64,000 nt of DNA, taken from NCBI GenBank assembly GCA_964016885.1, contig OZ024744.1, positions 81,034,001 through 81,098,000 of the forward strand, read 5' to 3'. A program made the position numbers and the translations under genes. The notes under the pieces were generated by a model. The model was given only the letters and a program-made list of their open reading frames with translations. It was not told the origin of the DNA and did no database searches. This DNA comes from Eledone cirrhosa. Its lineage: Eukaryota. Within the stretch, counting starts at the first letter, position 1. Each line of letters opens with the position of its first letter. Of the stretch, positions 51,881 through 64,000 are shown one piece after another.

Positions 51881-52797
51881 ACCTGACTTGTTCTGCATAC
51901 TAGAGAGTGTACCCCTCATACCATCCAAACTCGTATCATTAGTGGTGCCGATTTTTTAATACATTTTTTTCGTATTTTCATCATACAGCCTCCATTTTAC
52001 ATACACACAGTGGTCCTACTTCTGTACTGACTTAGTTTATGAAGACTTGTTAAACCCTTGCTAGCAGAAAAAAGTGGATGTTAAATGACGATGATGATAA
52101 TGACACATTATTTCTTCACTCTAATCTTGGATTACTTAAGGCAACATGTACAGAAAATGGCTTAGTGGTTAGTGTGTTATCTAGGAGTTACAGTATTGAG
52201 TTGATCTGAATGTCACAAGTTTAACCTTTTAGCATTTACATTGCTCTATATTTACTATTGTATATTTGTGATAAAGGCTTTATCTCACATAATCTCGAGT
52301 CTACAAGATTTTGATGTTATTGTTTATAAGAACGATATCAGTGTGAGCTGTTGGTTACAACTGGTTTCAATAAGGGGAAAGAATTATGGCGGGTACCACC
52401 AGTTTAAATGCTAAAGTGTTAATTCTTAGACCAAAAAGCACATTGTGTCCTTTAACGAGACACTTTTTATTTCATATTACTCCAGTCCACTCAGATAGTA
52501 ACAAAATAAGTATTCATCGCAGTTGGAGGGATTATTAATCCTGCACTGACCTACTATCCAATCCACATGTAAGGCTTACACCCTCAGTCACTTGACACTG
52601 GGGTACTCAGGCCTGATGAGCCTCTGGGCTAGGGACAGACTTTAATTTTTATATGGAAATAGGTCTCGCTCATACATCACATCCAAATAGTTGGTATTAG
52701 AGAGAAGTATCAGATTTTTACAAATGTTTCTCATGTAAATGCCTCATTGAACTCTTTTACATTTAAAAAAATATATATTTAGTCAGTTTTTCAGCTT

Positions 52798-55050
52798 ATC
52801 ATCAACATCATCACCGTTTTACGTCCGTTCTTTTACGCTAGCATGGGTTAGACGGCGTGTCCTGTTGTGGGCAGTGTCCGGACAGCTGACCTTGTCTTGT
52901 TCATACAGAAACTGATTCTGGCTTGATTTCTACAGCTGGATGCCCTTCCTAACACCAACCTCATTTACAGTGAGTGCTGGGTGCTTTTTCGTGGCGCCTA
53001 CACGTCCACCTTACAGTGTGGGCTGGGTGCTTTTTTGCCGTGGCACCTCCACGACCACTTTGCAGTGGGAGGGTGTGGGTGCATATTGTCTATATGCTTC
53101 AGCTTCGGCTTGTACCTGTGGGGGGGTCGGGTCTTCTGTATTACTGCGTGACGCCAGAGGTCACGGTCGTGTGTCATCGCCTTTGAGAGGTGTAATTGGG
53201 TCAGGTCGGCTTTTATCACCTCATCCCAGATCTTCTTGGGTCTCCCCACTCCGCGGTTTGCATCGACTTCTAGTGCTCTGCACCTTTTTATGCAGCTGTC
53301 ATCCTTCATACGCATCACATGTCCATACCAACGCAACTGCCTCTCCTGCACACAGCATTTAATTCCTCTTATGCTCAGTCTCTCTCTCAATTCATTTATG
53401 CTTTGCCGTTCGCGTATATTACTATTACACATCCATTGGAGCATGCAGGCTTCGTTTCTTTCTAATCTACGCAAGTTATCTACAGACAGCGCCCAGGTCT
53501 CACGACCATGTAACATTGCTGTTCGTATACACGCATCATACAGTCTGCCTTTCATTTTGAGGGAAAAGCCTTTTGCAGCTAGCAGTGGCAGTAGCTCTCT
53601 GAATTACTTCCATCCTGTTCTTACCCTAGTTATTGTACTTTCCGAACACCCACCTCCACTGCTAATTCGGTCACCTAGGTAGCAGAAGCTGTCTACTGTT
53701 TCTACAGAGCCCTCCCAGAGTTTGGTGGTACTTGTTTCCTGTGGATGTTTGCTGCTTGCTGTCCCAGCACAGCTGCTACATGTGAAGCCTACATTCTTAG
53801 TTAAGCTTCCTGAGATCCCGCTACATCTCTTGTGTACTCATTGTTTGCATTTGGGGCAGAGAATGGAGTTCCTACATACTAAGCAAGGCCATTTCCCTGT
53901 GGGGATCTGGGTTCTGTTTTCTCGTCTACTTACAAGGACCTTAGTCTTTGTCAGGTTGACTTTGAGACCCTTTCTTTCTAGTCCCTGCTTCCAAGTTTGG
54001 AATTTCTTCTCTAGTTCTACCATAGATTCAGCTATAAGTGCGAGGTCATCTGCATACAGGAGTTCCCATGGGCATCTGGTTTTAAACTCCTCCGTTATTG
54101 CCTGCAGAACTATGATGAACAGGAGAGGGCTAAGAACAGAGCCCTGGTGGATACCGACCTGTACGCTAAATTCCTCGCAATAGTCATTGCTAATCCTAAC
54201 TTTGTTGACTGCTCCCCTATACATGACTTGTACAGCTTTCACAAGCCATTCATCTACTCCTAGTTTTCTAAGAGCCCACCAGATTATAGCACGGGGAACT
54301 CTGTCAAAGGCTTTCTCGAGATCGACGAATGCCAGGTAGAGTGGCTTACTTTTAGCTAGTTACTTTTCCTGTAACTGCCTCACAAGGAAGAGGGCATCAG
54401 TGGTGCCTCTTCCTGGCACAAACCCAAATTGCATCTCATCTAGTTTCACCTGGTCCCTAATCAACTGTAATATAACTCTTTCTGTTACTTTCATGACCTG
54501 GTCCATCAGCTTTATACCTCTATAGTTTCCTCTATCTAGTGCATCACCTTTACCTTTGTAGCAGTTGACAATGATACTACTGCACCAATCCTTTGGTATG
54601 ACACCTTCTAGTATTACTTGGTTAACAATACGTGTGGTTATGGTGTGACCTACCGACCCAGATGCCCTCAGCATCTCGGCAGCTATACCCAATGGACTGG
54701 TTGCCTTTCCCGTCTTCATATCTTTGATTGCCTTACTGACTACGCTGCTGCTGACTTGTACTGCTGGCCCCTCTATAGGGTCTCTTCTTCCCATGCATTC
54801 TCCTCATTTCGTAATCTATCATAATGACTCTTCCATGCATCTTTCTTCTCAGCACTTGTGAGGACAAGCTCACCATTATCATTCCGGATACACTTCTCTC
54901 CAATGACATCACAATTCTCTCTGACACACTGCCTCGCAATCGTGAACACCTCCTGTTTCTGGTCCTCGCGTTGCAAAACATGCTTGAATTTTCTATCCTC
55001 GGCTTCCCTCCTGGTCTCTATGTAATGTACCCTGCTTCCCCCGTTCTTCT
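52798..55050 (-). mobile_element. RTE LINE, about 2.25 kb, covering the whole RT domain and 3' UTR
   Basis: Reads YKGKGDALDRGNYRGIKL, QFGFVPGRGTTDA, GIHQGSVLSPLLF, LLYADDL and WYGHVMRM, with few stops and a (CAT)n tail at about 52798. Confidence 0.93.
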
Positions 55051-55993
55051 ATTCTTCCCATGTCCATAAAAATATGTTACTCTTTTGATGTTCAGCGTTT
55101 TGAAATCTGCTGTCACCACTTCTGTGCAGGTTTTCCTTGGTCTTTCTCTACTGCAGCTTCCTTCCACATGTAAATCTTCACCCAACAATCATTATCCATA
55201 CACATCACATCCTTCAGTTCATTTTTGCTTCATCCTTTGTGCACTCTAACATTACATATCTAGCAGAGTATGCTAACTTCAATTCTTTCTAACCTCTGCA
55301 CATCCTCTTCATTCAATGCCCATAAAATTAAAAAGTATTAATAAATAAATTATTCGATAAATTTCTGTGTTAACCACTCAGTTTTTCCTTTAGTCCATAT
55401 TTTAATGAATTACTTTCCTATAAAATTTCTACATTCTACTTCATTTCTCTTCTGAAACTGAAACTCCCCTCTCTTTTTCAAAGCTTCACCTTCTCTCTTT
55501 CAAAAACGATAAAATGTGTAACTTCTTGATTAGAAACTCTCTTTCCCCTGTAATCTTTAAATGTTCCTGTTACTGATGTTGAACTTTTCATATCGTCTTG
55601 GAACAGTATCTGCACAACTACTCCCAAGACAAATTCCAAGAGTCCAATCACTTTGACTATGCCTGCACAAACTTTATTTAACTGTATCACCTGCAAATTT
55701 TACATGTCTCAACAGATTCCAGGCATCATCTGGTGATTGCTTTTGTGAACACTTCATCAGCATCTGTAACAATTCTCTGTCACCCCCCCCCCCCCCCCCC
55801 CCCCTAGACATTTTAATTTGCAAAACTTTTTCTTGGACTACCCCTGTGTTTGTGGCATCACTTGACAACATCCAAATACAAGAGAAAGCACCTGATTTTT
55901 TTCCTTAGTACATCATTGCCTCCAAGCAACATGCCCTCTGATATTTTTTAAATGACTGACCAGAAATGTTTATGTACATGGGTTCTTATTTAA

Positions 55994-57098
55994 CCTTTTA
56001 GTTACCAAACCAGTCAAAATCAGCTTTGGTTCTATGAAATAAAACTGCCCATTTTAAAGGTTTCCAATTTAAATTAAAATCTTCCAACATCTATATATAT
56101 AAAACTGAGGATGTGTGTCTGTGTGTGTATGTGAGTTTGAATCCCTAAAACTCAAGAAGCACCCAACTGACTGTTTTCAAACTTTACACATGTAATACTT
56201 ATGTTTCAGGGAGTGTTCTGAGCAAAAAAAATTTCAAATTTTCAATGCCTTAGGGACCAGATTAGGCGATTTAGCGATCTCTCTCTATAATTCTTAGTCT
56301 TTCTCTTTTTAGATAGGTACATACATATAACGTTGCATCCTTATAATATCTGTCTGTATGTCTGACTGTCTGCATTATGTCACTTCCCTGAGGATGTGTG
56401 TCTGTGTCTGTGAGTTTGAATCCCTAAAACTCGAGAAGTACCCAACCGACTTTTTTTAAACTTTACATGTGTATTACTTATGTTTCAGGGAGTGTTATGC
56501 ACATAAAACAATTCAACTTTTTGATCCCCTAGGGCCTGCATTAGGTGAAAAACGTTTTTTCAGGTTTTTAGGGGTTTTCTTGAGGCGTTACGTCAGACTG
56601 ATTACCGTAAGCAAAGAAAATCCAACTTTTTTATGGCCTAGGGCCCGCATTACGTGAAAAACTTCATTTTTTCAGCTTTTTAGGGCTTTTTTGAGGCGTT
56701 ACGTCTAGCTGATTTTCCCAAAATTTCAAGGCATATTATGCACATAAAAAAAATTCATTTTCTTGATTCCCTAGGGCCCGCATTAGGTGAAAACCTGCAT
56801 TTTTCCTGCTTCATCGAGGAAAATCTTAAAGATTACCCAGCCATCAGAGTATTCGATTTATTTTCTTTACATATTGTCCACACATGCAGTTTTTCCACGA
56901 TTAGGTCTGTTGGCGGCCTGCGTTCCAAAATACCTTATCCCGTGCAACGCCGGGTACCACTGCTAGTAATTTTATATAAGAACCTGACATTAAGTAACTA
57001 TCTTAGTAATGAAATAATTAATAATTTTAGTTAATCCCTCCAGATCCTTCGTTGATTGAAATACAATGTATGTCATTAGAAATATAGTAATGAAAGAG
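55994..57098. mobile_element. piggyBac-type MITE family 2 containing a nested Helitron
   Basis: TTAA on both sides. Once 56090-56966 is removed, the flanks match 24806-25034. Confidence 0.75.
56090..56966 (+). mobile_element. Non-autonomous Helitron (copy 2)
   Basis: A|TCTATATAT...cccgtgcaacgccggg...CTAG|T. Inserted between A and T without TSD, confirmed by the empty site at about 24900. Confidence 0.9.
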
Positions 57099-57793
57099 TT
57101 AACTTTGATCTTTATCTTCTTACTAACAAATTTCCCTTTATTATTACATGCTATCTATTTATTCAGCACTATAAACAGTAATAGGCAGCAAATTGGAAGA
57201 GTCGTTACGAAGTCGGATAGAATGCTTTATGGTATTTGCCCCACCTCTTTACGCACTCTGAGTTCAAATCCCGGCATGGTCAACTTTGCCTCTCATCCTT
57301 TCGAGGTTAATAAAAAAAGTACCAGTCCAGTACTGGGGTTGATTCTTCCTCTATAGAAAAAAATCAGCTGTGTTCAGACCTGGAGAGAGTTGAGCGCCAC
57401 CAGGTTTAAAAGTGCCCTACACACACCATATGGAGGTGCCTCTATGACTTCACAAGGAGTTATGGGATCTTTATCCTATCCTATCCTATAAACAATAATG
57501 GGAATGGTTTGGTGGGAGCTATGTATATATAAGGTATGGTTGTAGCTAGGATTTATGGTTTTGGATTGCAAGTAGTGAATTGAACCTTTGCAGCTGGGGG
57601 TGCTGGCTACCATGTAGCCACTTCAATCTTATAATTTACAACTGTTTGACAAGAATACTGAACCACTTTTAATCTGTAGTATTATCACCAAAATTTAACA
57701 TCTGTTCTCCGAGATAGCAAGGCTTGGATAGATATTCACAGACCAAGTCAGTACTGAAGCAAAGCTACTGACCTCTCAGGCTGGCAAACTATA

Positions 57794-57929
57794 TCCTGTC
57801 TAAAGCATTTGACTTTTTAAGGTAAAATTTATTCCATTTTTGTACCAATAACCAAGTAATTAATTTCTCTTCTCCTTCCATATATCCTTGTAAATGTGTA
57901 ATATTAGTGTTCATGGGACATGGATGCAC
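57794..57929 (+). repeat. 136-bp local duplication (second copy 59080-59215)
   Basis: Two direct copies of tcctgtctaaagcatttgact...catggatgcac, about one mismatch by eye. Confidence 0.85.
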
Positions 57930-59878
57930 CATATGATAAGGAGGTTGTCATGTTTTTTGTATATGACTGTAGGGTCCTCTCAACCTTTGTTTGGCAGGTT
58001 TTCTATGGCTGGATATGTTAATTATGTGGATCACCCGCACAAAGGAGGTTGTCATGACATGTCTTTGATAAACCCAAAGAACCACTTCCACCCCAACTCT
58101 TTGTTTGGTGGTCTTTCCAAGGCTGGATGCCCTTCCTGCCACTAACCACTTTACATGTCTTCTACATTACATATATTTTGTCATGAGAACTGAATAAAAC
58201 ATGCATGCTTATTTACAGCAACAACAACATCAACAACCCTTTTATGGTCATTTCCTTCATGGAAGGGAGCCTCTCATCAAGTTCCTTTTTGAAGCAAAGT
58301 TTCACAGTTGACTTTCATGACATACAAGGGTTCAACGTATTTATTCTAAACCAGATACACTGCATTCATAATTATGATAAATAAACTAGTGAATTTTTAT
58401 TGAAAGAAACTTCACAAAGCATAGCTAATTAATAAATGTCTCCATTTGTATACATTGAACATACATAAAAAAACCTTATGTAAATTGAGAAGTAAAGAAC
58501 GTGATGCTTACAGCTAAGTTTTACTTGGTTATTTTCTGTAAAGGTGCTGTTATTATTTTTATTGTTAGACAACATCCCTAGTGCCATGATAAAATGCACA
58601 CTCTGTAAATTGTGGGAACATATGTAAGCAAGCTGAAGTCCCAACCCATCTGAGAGATCAATGGCTCTGCTGAAGTACTGACTTGGTCGGTGTTGATCCT
58701 CCAGCCCTTGCTAGCAGAGTAAATGGATGTTAAATGATGATGATGATAAACTTAACCCTTTAGGATTTACATTACTCTATATTTACTATTGTATTTTTGC
58801 GGTAAAGTCTTTACCTCACATAATAGTGAATCTATGAGATTTTGATATTATTTATTTTGAGAACAATAGCTTAACATCAGTATCAGTTGCCAGTTACAGC
58901 CGCTTTTAACAGAAAGAGGTGAGAGAATTCTGGCTGGATACGGCCAGTTGCTAAAGGGTTAACAAAGAATAGCTAATAAAATTCTTGATGGGAAAGTAGG
59001 TATACACTACACACCCACCTATTCCCTCTCTTTATTTCTAGCACTATCAGTAAACATTTTATTCCCCTCCAACAAAAGGTCCTGTCTAAAGCATTTGACT
59101 TCTTAAGGTAAAATTTATTCCATTTTTGTACCAATAACCAAGTAATTAATTTCTCTTCTCCTTCCATATATCCTTGTAAATGTGTAATATTAGTGTTCAT
59201 GGGACATGGATGCACTGAGAGAAAAACTAGGTATATGAGGAATCGGAGAGAAGACTGCACTAGTATAGACATTTGATGTATATGGATGATGAATGATGGG
59301 GGAAGTAGTGCCTGGAGATGCCAGTGGAGAGAAGCTGTAGTAGATGAAGACTGAGAAAAACCTGGGCAAAGGTTAGAGTTGACCTTGACAGAGATGACAA
59401 TGAAGGAACAAAGCAAGAGAGAAGACTACATTGCTATGGGCTTGTGATGTGTATGAATGATGAATGGTGGGTGAAGAAGTGCTAGATGTCAGTGGAAGGA
59501 AGACCAAGAAAAACATGGGCAGAAATGGGTAGAGTTGATCTGAAAATGCTGGACCTCACAGAAATGATGACAAAAAAACACTATAAGTGGAAAGTGGCTG
59601 TGCTGAAAAGGACCTGTCCGGCCCATGAAAGCATGGAGAAACAAACGTAAAATGATGATTATGACAATAATGATTTCTTTATTAACCACAAAGAGTTTAG
59701 ATCAAGAAAAACATTGACAGTACAGGGCGAAAACAATGTATGTTGGTGTGTGAGCTTTGCATGTAAACAAATTTTAACACTGTTAAAAAAAAAAGATTTG
59801 TGGAAAAAAAAACCCTATAAAACCACAGATGCTCTGATCAATCATTTAAATTTTCTTTATTTCTAAATTTAATTTCAG

Positions 59879-60110
59879 GCCCTTAACGACAAGGATGTGG
59901 CACGCTTGGTTGAGATGGGCTTTGTGACAGAACAAGCTTGTCAAGCTTTACGCCAGAACAATGGCAATGTAAACCAAGCTATTGTTTCTTTACTTGGCAA
60001 ATCTGGTCCAGTTGGAAGAGATACCAGAGGAGGGAGTATTTCCAATTCTACTGGAGGCCAGTTAAAAAACACTGCAAAACTGGGAGGGGAAAAACCAGAA
60101 AAGTTTCATG
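59879..60110 (+). CDS. TDRD3: TDRD3 coding exon G (UBA domain)
   Basis: tttcag|GCC...CATG|gtatat. Reads ALNDKDVARLVEMGFVTEQACQALRQNNGNVNQAIVSLL..., with the UBA MGF loop and ALxxxxNxxxAIxxLL helix pattern. Phase 0-1. Confidence 0.92.
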
Positions 60111-61437
60111 GTATATATATATATTTATGTTTTTTGTTTTTTTAATAGTTTTCTGTGTTTTTCTAATTTTAATTTACTTTAAAATGTTTCCTTTGTATGT
60201 ATTCAAACTAAAAAGAAAAATACTCGCTTTTGAGGAATAACTACAGTTATGCGACAGCTTTGAGTGAGTTAAGAGATGTTATTTATAGCAATGCTGAGTT
60301 TCTACAGTTTAGAATGGGTACACTGTATCCCTGCATGTCAAGAAGCAACTAAAATGGTTGGCACCATAAAGGGCATCCGAGTGTAAAAACGTCCCCCAAA
60401 AGAACATCTTGCAGCCTATTATTGAACCTGCAAGACTAACCTTTAACTCTCTAGCATTTAAACTGGCCATAATTCTCTCACCTTCTTCTGTTCAAACCAA
60501 CCATTACTAGCCACTCGTACTTACGTTGAGGTATTGTTCTCAAAATAAATATCAAAATCTCATAGATTCGATATTATGTGAGATAAAGCCTTTACCGTGA
60601 AAATACAATAGTATATATAGTAAATGCTAAAGGGTTAAGAGGAAAATAGCCTAAAAAATGCTTGTTGTATTGTTAGCAATGTGGTACCAAGATCCTAATA
60701 ATAATTTGAATATAATAACAAATGACTATAATTAATGATCTCAGTACATGATTATTGTTTCATGTCATAGTTGTCTCAGGAGGGATTTAATTTAAATATT
60801 ATAAAGTCAGAACTGAATAAAGAAAGGCATATTTAATCCAGTGTTTTTGTGTTCTTACCATTCTTTCAAAAACAACTGATAATAATAGAATGGAATGGAC
60901 TGCCATTGGTTCCAACAATGAGTGTTCCAGCTGTTTGATCAATGGAATAGCCTGTTCATGAAATTAACATGTAAATAACTGAGTATTCCACAGATATTTA
61001 TGTCCTTAACCCTTTAGCATTTATATTGCTCTATATTTACTTTTGTATTTTGATGGTAAAAGGCTTTACCTCACATAATTATCTTACATGATATTGAATC
61101 TACAAGATTTCCATGATGTTATTTTATATTTTTGAGAACAATACCTTAATGTTGGTGTGAGCGACTGGTTTGAATAGAAAAAAGTCAGAGTTCTGGCTGG
61201 TTTAAATGCTAAAGAGGAGATTCAACATCACATAGTATGTGAGAAGGCTGGCCCTTTGAATTCCAAATAAGTACAGTCCATCTAATAGGCTCCTAAACAG
61301 CTTCTGTTTACCATATTTCACTTACAAGACTTGAGTCAATTTGAGGTGAGAGAATTCTGGCTGGATAAGACCAGTTTAAATGCTGAAAGGTTAAAACATT
61401 TGTTGTGTTTATATGTATAAATTTGTTTTTTTCACAG

Positions 61438-61563
61438 GCCGAGAAAAGAAAGGTCGAAAGAATAAAGAGGACAAAGAAAATGGAAATGAAGATGTTCCCA
61501 GTCGACCATCAGGTCCAGCTACATTATTTGATTATCTAGAAACTAAAATACCTATAAAAGAAG
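61438..61563 (+). CDS. TDRD3: TDRD3 coding exon H
   Basis: ttttcacag|GC...GAAG|gttagt. Reads (G)REKKGRKNKEDKENGNEDVPSRPSGPATLFDYLETKIPIKE (human RPSAPSTLFDFLESK). 126 nt, phase 1-1. The gene continues beyond the window. Confidence 0.9.
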
Positions 61564-64000
61564 GTTAGTTTATTTCATTTTGGTTCTTTTTGGAAAACAA
61601 ATTATGAACATTTCAATTAATAATTAATTTTTAGTTCACCCTGCAGTGCAGTATAGTGCTGGTGTCACAACAAAAAGAATCCAGTCAACCCTGTAATGTG
61701 GTAGTGCCAGTGTCACAATAAATGCTTCCAGTACACACTAAAGGGGTTAGCATTAGGAAGGGTATCCAACTATAGAAACCAAGCAAATACAGAACATATG
61801 AGGTTGATGTGGTCACCTTACCTGTTTAGCCTCAGAACATGACAACCTGTCTAACCCATGCAGGCTTGGAAAATAGACATAAGTAATGATACAGATGATG
61901 ATGGTTGCATACTGTTGAAAAATAGGACATGACAGCTTCCCTAGTGTTAGTGCTACAATATGATGAAATGATCACACTGCACTCTGTAAAGCAGTTGGTT
62001 ATAGCAAAGGCATCCAACTGTCGAAACCATACCAAACAAAATTTGGGAGGACACTTCAGTTGTATCAAGGATATGCCTACTTCCCTAGTGCTGGTACCAT
62101 GATAAAATGCACCCAGTACACTCTGTAAAGTGATTTTTGATAGGAAGGCCAGCTAGCTCTAGTAAATTTCCAAACAAATCTATCATATATAAAAGTGAAA
62201 AAAAAGTAAAACAAGTTATCTGGTCCTTCTTTTCTGATTTATTCTTCATTTTTGAAGATGACCAAGGACTTCACCTCTGAAACACCTATAAAAACTTCTT
62301 AACCTTTTAGCATTTAAACTGGTCATATCCAGTCAGAATTCTCTCACATCTTTCTGGTCAAACTGGCTGTAGCCAGCTGCTCATACTGATATTAAGGTAT
62401 GGTTCTGAAAATAAATAATATCAAAATCTCGTAGATTCTATATTATGTGAGATTACCATGAAAATATAATAGTATATATAGAGTAATGTAAAATGCTAAA
62501 GGGTTAAAGTGCATTGACAATGGAGGATGCTGCTGTGTGGGCAATCAGAAAACTGTGATCACTTCTGCCTATACTACACCGATAGTGTGGGCCCTCACAG
62601 GCAAGTAAACTACAAAGTGTTGCAGACACTTGTAGTATCCTGACCACCACAACAGAAGGTCTGCCATATCAGTTTGTGGTTTTAAGAAGCTTGAATCATG
62701 ACATGCATTGGATTTGGGTTATAATGAGGGAGTACTGCACTGAATTACCACCATGACTCTCTCAGCTTTGATTTCTTTGACTAGCAGCAAGGTAGGTTGA
62801 AATGATAAAAAGTACATGAAAAATGAAAAAAGAGATGCAGTGGAACAGCAAAAGCGATCTACATGTTTTATTGTAGTCTGACATATGCACCCGATAGTGA
62901 TTAGTGACTTGTTGTTAGGAAGAGCATCCAACAGTAGAAACAAAGCCAAAATACAGATCCATATAAGCAGGTTGGGTTGTGATAACCTTACTAAGTTGCT
63001 GTTAAGAAGAGCATCCAACAGTAGAATCCAAGCCAAAATACAAATCCATATAAGCATGTTGGTCTCCTCACCTGAATTGCCTCATAACATGATAACCTGT
63101 CTAATCCATGCAAGCATGGAAAAATGGATGTTAAATGATGAGGGTGATGATATTTCATAATATTTTGAGGTTAGAAATATAGGGTAGAAACTATTGTTTC
63201 ATTTTGTCCTTTACTTTACTATAGTTATATAATAAAGAACAGTCACCAACCTTTCGGACCTCACGGACCACTAAATTCATAATTATAAATCCCGCGGACC
63301 ACTAATATGAATTTTTTTTAAATATTCATCATCATCATCATCATCATGATTTTTCCTACTTGCAAGGGTGGGACGGGAACTGATTCTGGCTTGATTTCTA
63401 CAGCTGGATGCCCTTCCTAACACCAACCTCATTTACAGTGAGTGCTGGGTGCTTTTTTGCCGTGGCACCTCCACGACCACTTTACAGTGGAATGATAGGG
63501 ACTGGGGTCCCTATCATCTCATTTCTACAGCTGAGTAAACTGGAGCAATGTGAAATAAAGTGTCTTGCTCAAGGAAACAACACATCACCCGGTCTGAGAA
63601 TTGAACTCACAACCTTTCGATTGCAAGGCCAATGCTCTAACCACTAAGCCATGTGCCTCCATATAATGCATTTGTAAAATAATGTTTCTACTTTTGGCAC
63701 AAGGCTAGCAATTACCCCAGTGCATTACTGGTACTTTATTTTATTGACTCCGTAAGGATGAAAAACAAAGTTAACCTCAACGGATTTGAATTTGTGCAAA
63801 GCATGGTGTCTGACGTTCTACTGATACTGCCAAACCACTCCTCTTTTAATACATTTGTAAAATAATGATCAAAGAACTTCCATTTTATTAATATGAAATG
63901 CTCCTATTAAAACATTTTTAGGGGTGTTATAAAATATATTTTAACCGAATATCATTTTTGTTTTATTATTAATAAAACATAAAAATTGCCAATAATGTCC

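Noticed and set aside
52605-52645. CTGATGA in ggcctgatgagcctctgggc as a hammerhead
   Set aside because: No GAAA box or stem III follows, and it corresponds to the ordinary SINE 3' region.
55478-55871. Two short minus-strand ORFs near a poly-C tract
   Set aside because: No recognisable motif; probably a decayed repeat, and I cannot support a call.
48366-59878. Possible missing TDRD3 exon between F and G (the human linker is longer)
   Set aside because: F ends and G starts in phase 0 and they read through sensibly. No candidate exon was seen, though a small one cannot be excluded.

Overview
Eukaryotic, AT-rich, microsatellite- and transposon-dense genomic DNA. The SINE/LINE repertoire looks like an octopus or other coleoid cephalopod (inference from recalled repeat families). 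The only host gene I can support is TDRD3 on the + strand. It has eight phase-consistent GT-AG exons between 24654 and 61563 (1049 nt, about 350 aa) covering the N-terminal RMI1-like/OB-fold region, the UBA domain and the RPSxPxTLFDxL motif. The first coding exon was not located, and the Tudor-domain exons lie beyond the window. The introns hold many RTE-clade LINE fragments with (GAT)n tails, a scrambled Tx1/L1-like composite, and HERO-, CRE- and R4/Dong-like remnants. They also hold one full-length dead mariner, about 16 piggyBac-type TTAA MITEs, three non-autonomous Helitrons and tRNA-derived SINEs. The most interesting non-standard signals are three hammerhead-ribozyme-like motifs (22451-22516, 39807-39842, 50878-50930), a 43-bp G.U-biased intronic hairpin (48904-49014), an inverted young RTE pair flanking an in-frame 369-nt exon block, and a minisatellite amplified from a retrotransposon endonuclease motif. 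None is proven functional from sequence alone.
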